Positions 17,995-27,398 of a stretch of 64,000 nucleotides of DNA are shown here, one piece after another. Position numbers and translations under genes: made by a program. Location of the stretch: positions 94,139 through 158,138 of the forward strand of contig JACKFY010000003.1 in the NCBI GenBank assembly GCA_020632235.1, in the 5' to 3' direction. This DNA is from Pseudomonadales bacterium. GTDB lineage: Bacteria; Patescibacteriota; Microgenomatia; UBA1400; PJMF01. Below the pieces are notes generated by a model, which did no database searches, had not been told where the DNA came from, and was given only the letters and a program-made list of their open reading frames with translations. Positions within the stretch are counted from its first letter, which is position 1; each line of letters opens with the position of its first letter.

Positions 17995-18896
17995 AGAGCG
18001 TTCCTTTCTTTGTCTTGGTTTGTATGTACTTTTTGTATTGTTCGTAAGATGGCACTGCGTGAGCGAGGATTTTTTGCCAGCTCACGTTCTGATGGCTTTA
18101 TTTTTGTTAAAACACTTCCTGCCCCAGATTCAGCAAGCATCTTCAAATACTGCTTGGCAATGCGATCTTCTCCCTCATGAAAGGCAATGGTGACAAGTGT
18201 GCCACCTGGCTCGAGTACTCCCCATGCCTGTGGGAGTGCTGCAGAGATGTGCTCGAGCTCGGAGTTCACTGCGATGCGAAGTGCTTGAAACACCTTGGTA
18301 GCAGGATGAAGTTTCCCTTTTTTTGGTTTAACCCGAGCAACGAGCCCAGACAACTGCGCGGTTGTGGTTATGGGGTCTTCATTTTTTTTGATTGCTCTAG
18401 CAATTTTTTTGGCGTACTGCTCGCCACCGAGTGTGGCAAACAGCTCGGCTAGCTGCTTTTCGGGAACAACAGCCAAGATATCTTTGGCTTGCACTCCCAG
18501 TTTGGTATCCATGCGCATATCAAGCGGACCATCACCCTCAAAGCTGAAGCCTCTCTCACTTGACATGAGTTGCTCCGTGCTCGTACCAAAGTCAAAGAGA
18601 ACTCCTCTGATAGTTCCGATATCGCTTGTTTTTTGTAGACTTCCAACAGTGTTTTCAATCTTTGAAAAATTTTCATGTTGAAGTACGAGGCTTCTTGCTT
18701 GTACTTGTGTGGCAAATCTGGTTTGAGCATGCTCTATAGCTTCGCTGTCTTGGTCAAACGCTAGTACTCGCGCACCTTTTTCTAGTAGTGCAGCGGTGTG
18801 TCCGCCTGCCCCAAGGGTTGCATCCAGATACCACTCACCTTCTTTCGGGTTTAAAACTTCAAGTACTTCAGTTGTCATAACTGAGACGTGTTTCAT
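17991..18896 (-). CDS. rsmH: 16S rRNA (cytosine1402-N4)-methyltransferase
   Basis: 'VLNPKEGEWYLDATLGAGGHTAALLEKGARVLAFDQD' is the MraW/RsmH signature. 301 aa. Confidence 0.9.
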   Translation of the reverse strand: MKHVSVMTTEVLEVLNPKEGEWYLDATLGAGGHTAALLEKGARVLAFDQDSEAIEHAQTRFATQVQARSLVLQHENFSKIENTVGSLQKTSDIGTIRGVLFDFGTSTEQLMSSERGFSFEGDGPLDMRMDTKLGVQAKDILAVVPEKQLAELFATLGGEQYAKKIARAIKKNEDPITTTAQLSGLVARVKPKKGKLHPATKVFQALRIAVNSELEHISAALPQAWGVLEPGGTLVTIAFHEGEDRIAKQYLKMLAESGAGSVLTKIKPSERELAKNPRSRSAILRTIQKVHTNQDKERNAL

Positions 18897-19312
18897 GGAA
18901 ATGCCTTTTCTGCAATTTCTTCTGCCTGCGCGTCAAGCTCGTCTCGGTACTGGTGATACCTGTCTCTATCCCAGATTTCTACTCTGCTGTGCGCGCCTAC
19001 TACTACCAGCTCTTTTTTAAGGCCGGCAAGGGTAGACAAGTACTCGGGCAGTTGTACTCGTCCATAGCTGTCAGGGGTTATTACTTGCGCGTCACCTGCC
19101 AAGAGCCTGGTGATGTCGCGTGTGCCTTTCTTTGTGAACGAGCTTTCTTCGAGTTTCTGCATCTCTTTGGTGTAGATTTCACTAGGAAAGATGAAGAGAC
19201 ATCCATCAAACCCGCGTGTGACCACCCATTCTTTTGCTGCAACTCGCAGTTGTTTTGGCAACATCACTCGTCGTTTTGCCTCGAGTGAGTGGTAGTATGT
19301 TCCTAGTAACAT
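18893..19312 (-). CDS. mraZ: Transcriptional regulator MraZ
   Basis: 139 aa with duplicated MraZ/SpoVT-AbrB-like halves ('RRVMLPKQLR', 'DGCLFIFPSEIY'). First gene of the dcw cluster. Confidence 0.85.
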   Translation of the reverse strand: MLLGTYYHSLEAKRRVMLPKQLRVAAKEWVVTRGFDGCLFIFPSEIYTKEMQKLEESSFTKKGTRDITRLLAGDAQVITPDSYGRVQLPEYLSTLAGLKKELVVVGAHSRVEIWDRDRYHQYRDELDAQAEEIAEKAFP

Positions 19313-19427
19313 TGTTATTAAGATAATTTACCACTTTTTACCATTTTAGAAAGTATGACAAAGGTTCTCCCTGGTGTAAAGAGGGAAAACCATTGACTGT
19401 CACCCAAAAAAACTACTTTTCTTATTT
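19313..19427 (-). promoter_or_regulatory. Upstream region of mraZ; presumed dcw-cluster promoter
   Basis: Intergenic segment directly upstream of mraZ on the minus strand. No convincing MraZ box repeats were resolved by eye. Confidence 0.25.
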
Positions 19428-19949
19428 ATGCTTTTTATGATATACTTTACACATGTTTATAGTATACATAGCATAACAACCATCATGTTCAATCTTGAAA
19501 ATTCCCCTCGTAATAAAATGCAATTAATTTTGTTTTTAGGCATAATTTCAAAAATAGTCCCTACTACTACAAGGAAAGATATACATAAATTTGTGAAGAA
19601 CTTAGTTATGGATCAACTAGAAGTTAGTGGTGAACGGGCGCATCGGATTATAGACGACCTTGAAGAAGAAACAGACACTGCTTTAAAAGAAAAAGTGAAA
19701 AAAATCATTTCTATATGGCGGCAAGTAGTAAACCAAGTGAATGAAGCAATAGAACTTAATCTGAATGAAAGTTATAAATACCTTTATAGATTGGCAGTTG
19801 TGTTTGAGAGTATTGTTGAGCAGAATAAAGATCAGCAATTTTTGTTGTTAGAAAAACTTTTTGCGCTCGAAAGCATTCTGAGTAGTGAAGAAAAAAGACT
19901 GTGTGCGCTGCTGGATGCAAACACGCCTGAGTACAATGGGATACTTTAA
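19428..19949 (+). CDS. Hypothetical protein (AT-rich islet)
   Basis: 173-aa ORF, helical and acidic, with no known motifs. Real start may be an internal Met. Confidence 0.35.
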   Translation: MLFMIYFTHVYSIHSITTIMFNLENSPRNKMQLILFLGIISKIVPTTTRKDIHKFVKNLVMDQLEVSGERAHRIIDDLEEETDTALKEKVKKIISIWRQVVNQVNEAIELNLNESYKYLYRLAVVFESIVEQNKDQQFLLLEKLFALESILSSEEKRLCALLDANTPEYNGIL

Positions 19950-19960
19950 GGTATTTTTGC

Positions 19961-20476
19961 ATGCCACCAGAAACACAAATTTTTGCGTTTCACGACACAT
20001 TCACTGTTGAGACGCCCCCCCCATCACTGAAGCAAATAGAGCCAACAGGGCTGTCAATAACAGAGCTGTTAAATCTTGCACGGACTGAAAACCCACACAT
20101 TGCTTTGGCGTATGGTCACTTATATCTAGATCATTGGAACCTGAGTTGTGTAGAGTTCGTGTTTTATATTCTTGAATGCTGCACGTTTGATTTTGTTGGA
20201 TCTCTCTATGATGATACATCTCCCAGCTTACCCCAGACGCTAGTGTCTTTAGGCAGGAAAAACGATGCGCCTGGAGGGCCAATAGTTGTTGCCTACTTTA
20301 GCGATGTTGGAGAAATGACTCATATGGGCATACTTATTGAGGAAGACAGAGTGCTGTCAAAATTTGGTCAGGGACGCCCTTACTACCATCAGATTGAGTA
20401 TATCCCTGAAGAATACGGCACGCAGTATGCACTTTTTTCGTATAGAGGGAGCGAGTCTGAGTGGCAAGCTTCGTAG
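19961..20476 (+). CDS. Hypothetical protein; possible papain-like (Cys...His) fold
   Basis: 171 aa. Cys pair 'YILECCTFDF' lies about 60 aa before 'GEMTHMGILIEED', spacing reminiscent of NlpC/P60 or CHAP enzymes. No signal peptide was noted. Confidence 0.3.
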   Translation: MPPETQIFAFHDTFTVETPPPSLKQIEPTGLSITELLNLARTENPHIALAYGHLYLDHWNLSCVEFVFYILECCTFDFVGSLYDDTSPSLPQTLVSLGRKNDAPGGPIVVAYFSDVGEMTHMGILIEEDRVLSKFGQGRPYYHQIEYIPEEYGTQYALFSYRGSESEWQAS

Positions 20477-21268
20477 CTACCTCACCGCTACATACAACTC
20501 CATCAAATCAACCTGAGCCGTAATAGCTTTGCCATCAACACTACCTTCAAAGCGCTTCCAGCTTTCGCCATCATACCCCATGATAGCAGTGCTACCGTCT
20601 TCATGCGCACGAATAGTTAGCTCTGCTGACCCCTTGAGCGGCGAAGATGAGGTGAGGGAGTAAATCTCAGAATTTAGCGTTCCCTCAAGTCCATCAGGAT
20701 ACCCGGCATCGTTAAAGATTACGAGATACCGATTGGTACTAATATCATCAGAGCTCAGTTGAAACTTGGCGTCTTTGGAAGAAATCTCCTTTTCACCCGC
20801 GGTGTTGTCGATGTACTTCCAGTCAGACTTGAGTGCGTAGTTTTCAGCGCCCGTGTAGCGCGTCAGTAGTGTGCCACCCTGGACATTTTCGTGATAACTA
20901 CACTTACCCCCAGCACTACAACTGCCCATCAGCTGGGTGTCAGAGGCAGGTAATGAGGTAAGACTCATGGTACCAAATACGCCCTGCAGCAGCTCTCCTG
21001 CCTGGTATTCGAGTTCAAAATCTACCGAGTCTGCTGGTTTTTTGAGTGATATAACTTGAATAGTTATGTTTCTACCATCTGTCTCTGGGATAATTTGCAG
21101 ATAAGGACGCTCAGACACTGGAATAACATTAACCGGTTCCTCAACTTTTTTCTTTTGTGTGGTGGTATCTTCCGCCGGAGTACTAAAAAATTGTCTGGCT
21201 GCAAATACTCCTCCTACAATTACTACCAACAAGATAGTAGTGATAATAGCAATCGTAGATTTTTTCAT
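20477..21268 (-). CDS. Hypothetical membrane-anchored/exported protein
   Basis: N-terminal 'MKKSTIAIITTILLVVIVGGVFA' TM/signal anchor, then a Thr/Ser-rich beta-type sequence. Confidence 0.45.
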   Translation of the reverse strand: MKKSTIAIITTILLVVIVGGVFAARQFFSTPAEDTTTQKKKVEEPVNVIPVSERPYLQIIPETDGRNITIQVISLKKPADSVDFELEYQAGELLQGVFGTMSLTSLPASDTQLMGSCSAGGKCSYHENVQGGTLLTRYTGAENYALKSDWKYIDNTAGEKEISSKDAKFQLSSDDISTNRYLVIFNDAGYPDGLEGTLNSEIYSLTSSSPLKGSAELTIRAHEDGSTAIMGYDGESWKRFEGSVDGKAITAQVDLMELYVAVR

Positions 21269-21285
21269 AGTATAGAGAGTTCTAC

Positions 21286-22239
21286 TTGTTACTTCGTGAA
21301 TACTGTAGCATGAAGTTTTCTTTGAGTCTATTTGTAGACTTTTATCCTATAATAGTGTATAATAATATTATGAGGCCAGAAAGAAGTGGCGGGATAGTTA
21401 ACCCATATGGCGCTGTAGTTGCAGCATTGACCGCTAACAATTGGAAAGTTGGGTATGTTAATGATCGAGTAACATATGTTCCTCCATTGAAAAATGTTGA
21501 GAAACCAAAAGTACGTGGTATTAAACATAATGTAGTCCTATTCGATCACCTCAAAGGTAGCCCAGATGATATCTTCTCTGCTCTTAAAGCAGTACATCAA
21601 GATCCATTAAGATTCTTAGTTGGAAGTAGAGTTGATCTTTTAGGTGCTACAGATCCTCATTCTATGTATGAAGTAGCGCAACTCTTAGCTCAGGTTTCAT
21701 TTGAGGGTCAGTTAATTGTCACAGAAAGAGAAGATACTCCAGTATTTGTGGCAGAACAGATATTATTTGATAGCTTTTTAGGATTACCTCGAGAACAAAT
21801 AAAACTACATGTTGGAGATGTTTTATCATTAGATAAAGATAGTGCCTCAAGTGCAATGATAGCAGATGTATTAACATATTACTTATCAGATCAACAGTTA
21901 CAAAACATAGCCAACATTGTGTATGGAAGATTAGATAGCGATGGTTATTTTTTTTGCAGAGATTTGGTGGAAGTTAATGGCCCTCCGCCAGTGCGTTCTC
22001 GCACTATAAGTACAGTACCTTCGATTGCTACAGTAGGCTCTCATCTTAGAGTCGATTTTAATCTGGATATTTCTGACAGTGATATAGAAAACATCATACT
22101 TAATAGATGGGGAGCCACTTCTACCTATTGTAGAGCAGATGCAAACCAATTAATAGAACAATTTTCTCAAGCAGGTTTAGAATTTAGTTATTTCTATTCC
22201 TACTTCAACAGTGCAACTATACAACAGTTCTCATCCTAG
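21286..22239 (+). CDS. Hypothetical protein (AT-rich islet)
   Basis: 317-aa ORF with no recognisable motifs. Composition differs from flanking glyQS. Confidence 0.35.
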   Translation: MLLREYCSMKFSLSLFVDFYPIIVYNNIMRPERSGGIVNPYGAVVAALTANNWKVGYVNDRVTYVPPLKNVEKPKVRGIKHNVVLFDHLKGSPDDIFSALKAVHQDPLRFLVGSRVDLLGATDPHSMYEVAQLLAQVSFEGQLIVTEREDTPVFVAEQILFDSFLGLPREQIKLHVGDVLSLDKDSASSAMIADVLTYYLSDQQLQNIANIVYGRLDSDGYFFCRDLVEVNGPPPVRSRTISTVPSIATVGSHLRVDFNLDISDSDIENIILNRWGATSTYCRADANQLIEQFSQAGLEFSYFYSYFNSATIQQFSS

Positions 22240-22279
22240 AGTTTTTTACGTAAATGTGTATAGAAAAAGCTAATAATAT

Positions 22280-23677
22280 TTATCCTTTAATGTTAAAAAC
22301 GTGTTGCAAATCTGAAATAGGCATTCGCTCTTGCTCTGTACTATCTCTATCTCTAATGGTAACCGTATCATTTTCCAGTGTTTCAAAATCTATGGTAATA
22401 CAGCTAGGAGTGCCAACTTCATCTTGGTACAAGTAGCGTTTGCCAATATTACCTCTGTCGTCCCAGGTCACTCTGACTCCCGATTGTAGCAACGTAGCAA
22501 ACACCGCTCGTGCTTTTGTTACTAAATCTGGCTTGTTTTTCATTAGGGGGAAGACCGCTGCTTGGTACGGCGCGAGATTGCTGCTTAACTTCAAAACAGT
22601 TCTGTGCCGTTCTGCGTCAAACCAATAGGCATCACACAGCACCATTAACAATAACCGGTTGATGCCAACAGCAGGTTCGATAACGTGTGGCACAAAGACT
22701 TCACCAGCGTGAGGGTCGCGGTACTCCAGTGATTGGCCAGAGTGCTGCATGTGTTGTCTCAGGTCATAGTCAGTGCGGTAGGCAATGCCCCACAGCTCTT
22801 TCCAGCCAAAGGGAAAGTGATAGTCAAGGTCGTAGGTGTCTTTGCTGTAAAAACTGCGCTCGGCATCGGTGTGCTGACGCCAGCGAATGTTGTCTTCCCG
22901 GACTCCCAGTGTGTGTGTCACAAACTGCCACATTGCCTCTTTCCAGTCAGAAAACAGCGCGCGCCAATCACTCTCTTCTGGGTTAAAAAAGTACTCGATC
23001 TCTGCTTGTTCAAACTCGAGCGTGCGAAAAACAAATTGACCAGTGGTTATCTCATTGCGAAAGCTCTTGCCTACTTGACCCACCCCAAACGGCAGGGTGA
23101 CCCGAGTGCTGTCGGTGATTTGCTTGAAGTTGCTAAAGATGCCTTGGGCTGTTTCACCACGCAGATAGACAGTGTCTTTTTCTCCACTTACCGCGCCAAT
23201 ACCTGTTTTAAACAACAAGTTAAAATCTTTTGCTTCACTCAGCGTGTTGCCGTCAGGGCTCAACACCCCATGATCGGAGATAAACAGATCCATCTCTGCA
23301 ATCGAGAGATCTTCTACACTAAATGAGTGATCAACTGCGCCTGGGTGCTGCTCTATCCATGACTCGATGATGTGATCTGCCCGATAGCGCTTGTGGTTTT
23401 TTGTGTCTTCTACCAGTGGGTCGCTAAATGAGCCCACGTGACCAGAGGCCACCCAGGTTTGTGGGTGTAGCATGATCTGTGAGTCAAGCCCAACCATGTC
23501 TTCTCGCTTGGTAATAAACTCTGTCCACCACGCATCTTTAATGTTTTTGAGCAGCTGCGCGCCAAGCGGCCCGTAGTCATACGAGCTAGTCAGCCCGCCA
23601 TATATCTCGGACGTAGAGTAAACAAAGCCACGGCGTTTGGCAAGAGAGACAATGTCTTCGAGTGAGTAGTCTGGCAT
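22280..23677 (-). CDS. glyQS: Glycine--tRNA ligase (dimeric alpha2, archaeal/eukaryote-like type)
   Basis: 'IVSLAKRRGFVYSTSEIYGGLTSSYDYGPLGAQLLKNIKDAWW' is a classic GlyRS N-terminus. C-terminal anticodon-binding domain. 465 aa. Confidence 0.9.
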   Translation of the reverse strand: MPDYSLEDIVSLAKRRGFVYSTSEIYGGLTSSYDYGPLGAQLLKNIKDAWWTEFITKREDMVGLDSQIMLHPQTWVASGHVGSFSDPLVEDTKNHKRYRADHIIESWIEQHPGAVDHSFSVEDLSIAEMDLFISDHGVLSPDGNTLSEAKDFNLLFKTGIGAVSGEKDTVYLRGETAQGIFSNFKQITDSTRVTLPFGVGQVGKSFRNEITTGQFVFRTLEFEQAEIEYFFNPEESDWRALFSDWKEAMWQFVTHTLGVREDNIRWRQHTDAERSFYSKDTYDLDYHFPFGWKELWGIAYRTDYDLRQHMQHSGQSLEYRDPHAGEVFVPHVIEPAVGINRLLLMVLCDAYWFDAERHRTVLKLSSNLAPYQAAVFPLMKNKPDLVTKARAVFATLLQSGVRVTWDDRGNIGKRYLYQDEVGTPSCITIDFETLENDTVTIRDRDSTEQERMPISDLQHVFNIKG

Positions 23678-23728
23678 AGTACCAGAAAGATTTTAGTCTA
23701 AGAGCGATAAGATTGCTAGGGCAATTAC

Positions 23729-24265
23729 TTACCTCGTCTCTTCGATCTCAACCCCTGTCAAGCCTTCCAGCTCTTCAAGCATCATGGTTTCATCGTAGTT
23801 TTCTAGCTCTGACTCAAGCAAGGCACTTTGCTGAGACCCAACTATAATCATCATAACGAACGCTGCTGCTAGGAGCATCCAGAGGGTGTTTCTCGGCGTG
23901 ACGGCTTTGACCACACTGCCATAAGTGTTGTCGCTGGCAGACCCACGTTTCAAAAACCAGTACAACAGAGGAATCCAGCCAATCACGGGAATCAAGACAA
24001 GTAGTAACAGCCACCCAGATTTATCAACGTCATGGAGTCTGCGTACTGCGGCCGCCAAACCAGGAATGATGAGTGCGAGTGAGTAGAGTGAGCTGGCCAG
24101 CGAAAGTAGGCCACCTACCAGGCCAACGTCCATCAGCAGTATAGCAACGGCACTGAGTACTAAAGAAATGATCATGTTGAGCAGCACAAACCCCCAGTAG
24201 TCAGCTCTACTGAGTCTGTCTGAAAAATTAAATGCGTTTTTAAGTGCTAATATATATGCCTGCAT
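23729..24265 (-). CDS. DUF805 family inner-membrane protein
   Basis: 'FNFSDRLSRADYWGFVLLNMIISLVL' is the DUF805 signature. Multiple TM helices. Confidence 0.65.
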   Translation of the reverse strand: MQAYILALKNAFNFSDRLSRADYWGFVLLNMIISLVLSAVAILLMDVGLVGGLLSLASSLYSLALIIPGLAAAVRRLHDVDKSGWLLLLVLIPVIGWIPLLYWFLKRGSASDNTYGSVVKAVTPRNTLWMLLAAAFVMMIIVGSQQSALLESELENYDETMMLEELEGLTGVEIEETR

Positions 24266-24422
24266 AAAAATCCTTTTTTACCATTACTGAACATAATTAT
24301 ACGTATCTCAACGGTGACCGTTGCAAGCTCCACACCGTAGTAATGGTATACTAAAGATATGCAACCTCATACTATAGCAGCTCTTTCGGTAGCAAGTTTT
24401 TTTGGAATGATTCAGAAATATA

Positions 24423-24845
24423 TTGCTGCAAAAGCCCTCTCAGTTAGAAATTAATATTACCTATTACAGAATTAGAAATGCTCGCGAAAAAAAGTATAGA
24501 GACCTCTACTATAAAGCATACAACTTAGAAGCATCAGAATTAGAAATTAAGGCTGATTACCGACACAGCTCAGGAAGTGCTAGTTGTACTGTAACTATTT
24601 CTCGAGCGAGCAAAAGTGCGAGTGACCTCACTATCCGCCATAGAGAGCAGCATGCGAGTGGCTTTACAGAAAGAATAAAACTCTACTCAAGTACTCTATC
24701 CGGACATCATGATGGAAGTTTGAAGTATGGGTACGTTAATGGTGAAGTTAAAAATGAAGCAAAACAATTGATTGTTCGCTCAGATGTAAAGTTTTCTGGT
24801 GAAGATTCATTTACTAAAATAACTTATACAGCAAATATCATATAA
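24423..24845 (+). CDS. Hypothetical protein
   Basis: 140-aa ORF with no motifs. Confidence 0.3.
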   Translation: MLQKPSQLEINITYYRIRNAREKKYRDLYYKAYNLEASELEIKADYRHSSGSASCTVTISRASKSASDLTIRHREQHASGFTERIKLYSSTLSGHHDGSLKYGYVNGEVKNEAKQLIVRSDVKFSGEDSFTKITYTANII

Positions 24846-24864
24846 ACAGGTCTAGTAATAACCC

Positions 24865-25401
24865 TTACACTCGTAAAAACTCAAAGCTCCTCATCGGTCT
24901 ATCAGACAGTGCACTCACATACTCTGTGATAGTATCGTACTTGCTATCAGCCGGATGCTGGTACCCTAGACTGACAATGATTTCAGATAAATGGTCTCGA
25001 ATTGGTTGCGATCGTTTTTGAGATACGACTTCATCTCGTACTTGTAGTACTTTTTGATAGAGGTATGGTTCTAGTTCCTCTTGTACAAATAACTTATCAT
25101 AGGTTTCTAGCAGTTGCGTAATGTTTCTAATATCAGCAAGCTTGGGCGAGTCTTCAAAGGCTTCTTTTAAAAGCTTTGATTGCGTGAGGAGCGGGAGAGA
25201 TTTTGTACTCACCAGAAATGCAGAAATAACGTTGCCTGGTTCGAGGTGTGCTCTTTTGGAAGATGCAAGTTTTCTGACGCCTTTAGCAACACACACCATT
25301 CGTCCCTGTTCTTGGGTTAAGAGGGTGACTACTCTGTCGGTCTCACCAGTGTTTGTCCGTTTTAAAACGAGTGCCTCGAGCGCGAGCGTACGTTGTTTCA
25401 T
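24865..25401 (-). CDS. recO: DNA repair protein RecO (short form)
   Basis: N-terminal OB-fold pattern 'LEALVLKRTNTGETDRVVTLLTQEQGRMVCVAKGVRK' resembles the RecO N-domain. At 178 aa it is shorter than typical RecO. Confidence 0.5.
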   Translation of the reverse strand: MKQRTLALEALVLKRTNTGETDRVVTLLTQEQGRMVCVAKGVRKLASSKRAHLEPGNVISAFLVSTKSLPLLTQSKLLKEAFEDSPKLADIRNITQLLETYDKLFVQEELEPYLYQKVLQVRDEVVSQKRSQPIRDHLSEIIVSLGYQHPADSKYDTITEYVSALSDRPMRSFEFLRV

Positions 25402-25413
25402 ACTCTACCAGCT

Positions 25414-27378
25414 TTAAAATGGTGCTGTTACGACTGTATCTTTGGATACTACTTGTTTTTCTTGCGTGCCATTTACATCAGTAAAGAGCTCAAACTCTTT
25501 GATACCGCCTTGTTTTCGGATAAACAGCTCGTACTCTTCTCCGTTTTGATAAGGAATACTGTAGGTTACTTGTAGTTTAGCAATACCAAGTGGTTCAAGC
25601 GTGAAGAATCCGTCTATGACAGAGAATCCGGCTTCAGCGTACAGCTCTGGCTCGTTCTCAAAGCCCTGAGTTGAGATGAGCTCTGCTCCCTCGGGCACAT
25701 AGATGCGCGTCCAGTCTTGCAGAGTGGCGTTGAGACATAACAAACCTGCCTCGAGGTTGCAGTTGTCTGCTTTTCGACTGTTTTTGTAGGTGATTTCTAC
25801 TGTCTTTGTTACTTTGCCATTTTCAGGGGCAGAAACTGATTGCTTTACATCATAGGTTACAAAGAGGTTTGATTTGGCCCCACCAAGATTAGCGTTTACC
25901 AGCGCAAAGTAATCTGATCCCGCGTGCTGTTGCCCAAGCGCACCAGTTGCATTGATGGTCGCTGCGGCAGCTTGTGTTTCTTCATCAAAAAAGTAAAACT
26001 GAGCGTGTCGCGCTTCAATACTCGCAAACCCCGTTTGAAACAGTTCTGGCCATTGTTGCTTGGGTGTACTGTAGGCTTTATTTAAAATCTCTCTCATCAT
26101 CGGCCCTAAAACACCTTTCCTATCTGTTCTGAGGTAGGGTGTGGGGCGGGTGATGATCTCCGAGAGCGCATAGATAATCTGCGGACAGTCACAGGCAGGT
26201 ACAGTCTCGGCGGAAAATGTACCGTAGCCAGGTACATCAACAGGGCCAAGGAGAGTGATGAGCGAGAGTAAAAATTCGGTGTCGATGGCGATGATGCCGT
26301 CAATATCTTGTTCTTCTCCGGAAACTGTTTGGTACTCTGTGTAGAATTGATCCATCGAGGTAGCAAAGTCGGGAGAAATATTCATGTCGCGGAGGTTCCA
26401 AGCTGATTCAGTGGTCAGGTACTTACCGAGCTTCTCGGGGATGTCTTGGGTAGCACGATACTGTTGGTCTAGCTCGTAGATATCGTCAGACTTCTCTGCC
26501 TCTACCTTACCGTTTTCAACCGAGATAATAGCGTAGGCAGTCAAAAAACCACCTGTGGGGCGCAGCTCATTGTCATTTTGAAACAAGACGAGATACTTTT
26601 TTTTACCTTCAGTAGCGCCAGCTACACTGGGTAGTTGGTTGATGACCGGTCGAAACTCTGAAAGTGCGCTGTGAGCGCCGGCACTGAGTTCTTTTGCCTG
26701 CACGATGTATTCTTTCACCGGTTGGCCGCGAATCGAGTCTGGGTAGTTACTTTCATCAATTTGAGCGAGATAGGCGTCCATCTGTCCCAAGTCAACAGAG
26801 ATTGCATCGAGCTCTGGGTTTACTTTATCGAGAGTTTGCAGTAGTACTGCAAGTCTATCTTCTATTGTGCCGCCCTCAAACGAGCTCTCGCCAGAAAACC
26901 CGAGTACATCGGCGTACGGCTCCATTGCCGCAATTGATTTTTCAGCAGCAGCAAGACCTGCCCTAGCAGCAGCAATACCCTCTGTTCCATCTATGTAGTA
27001 GGTCCGCGCTACAGGAATAGCCGAGTATACTCCAAGTGAGGAGTAGGTGTGTTCTATTTCATCCAGTTGTGTTTTGAGAGTCTGGATGTGTGCAGCGGTC
27101 TCCGGAAGGTTTTGATTTTTAAATGAACTATAGACTTGACCAGCTGTTGCCTGCGCTGCTGTTGCCTGTGTTTGCATTTTTTTAGCGCTGCTGTAAGTAA
27201 CAGCCCCAAGTACCACTGCCAGCGTGAGCATAAATACACATAACACTCCAAGGATAGCGACTATTTTGTGAGTACGCCGAGCAGCGCCCCATCTCTGGCG
27301 CAGTGATGTTTTTTCCTGTGGTGTAGTATGACCTACTGATTCGTTTTCGGTGGGATGTTTCAAGTCTGCTTTGGGCAT
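25414..27378 (-). CDS. DUF4012 domain membrane-anchored protein
   Basis: N-terminal TM. 'KKYLVLFQNDNELRPTGGFLTAYAIISVENGKV' matches the DUF4012 signature. Common at the start of Actinobacteria/CPR surface-glycan loci. Confidence 0.65.
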   Translation of the reverse strand: MPKADLKHPTENESVGHTTPQEKTSLRQRWGAARRTHKIVAILGVLCVFMLTLAVVLGAVTYSSAKKMQTQATAAQATAGQVYSSFKNQNLPETAAHIQTLKTQLDEIEHTYSSLGVYSAIPVARTYYIDGTEGIAAARAGLAAAEKSIAAMEPYADVLGFSGESSFEGGTIEDRLAVLLQTLDKVNPELDAISVDLGQMDAYLAQIDESNYPDSIRGQPVKEYIVQAKELSAGAHSALSEFRPVINQLPSVAGATEGKKKYLVLFQNDNELRPTGGFLTAYAIISVENGKVEAEKSDDIYELDQQYRATQDIPEKLGKYLTTESAWNLRDMNISPDFATSMDQFYTEYQTVSGEEQDIDGIIAIDTEFLLSLITLLGPVDVPGYGTFSAETVPACDCPQIIYALSEIITRPTPYLRTDRKGVLGPMMREILNKAYSTPKQQWPELFQTGFASIEARHAQFYFFDEETQAAAATINATGALGQQHAGSDYFALVNANLGGAKSNLFVTYDVKQSVSAPENGKVTKTVEITYKNSRKADNCNLEAGLLCLNATLQDWTRIYVPEGAELISTQGFENEPELYAEAGFSVIDGFFTLEPLGIAKLQVTYSIPYQNGEEYELFIRKQGGIKEFELFTDVNGTQEKQVVSKDTVVTAPF

Positions 27379-27398
27379 ATCCTGTCAGTATAGCATAA

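Noticed and set aside
17699-18085. 128-aa ORF overlapping ftsL and rsmH in another frame.
   Set aside because: Cys/Arg-rich low-complexity translation. The co-located FtsL-like and RsmH frames are far better supported.
19313-19427. Looked for MraZ-box direct repeats (TGGGN spaced about 10 bp apart) upstream of mraZ.
   Set aside because: Only scattered GGG/CCC triplets without regular spacing. No confident operator call is possible by eye.
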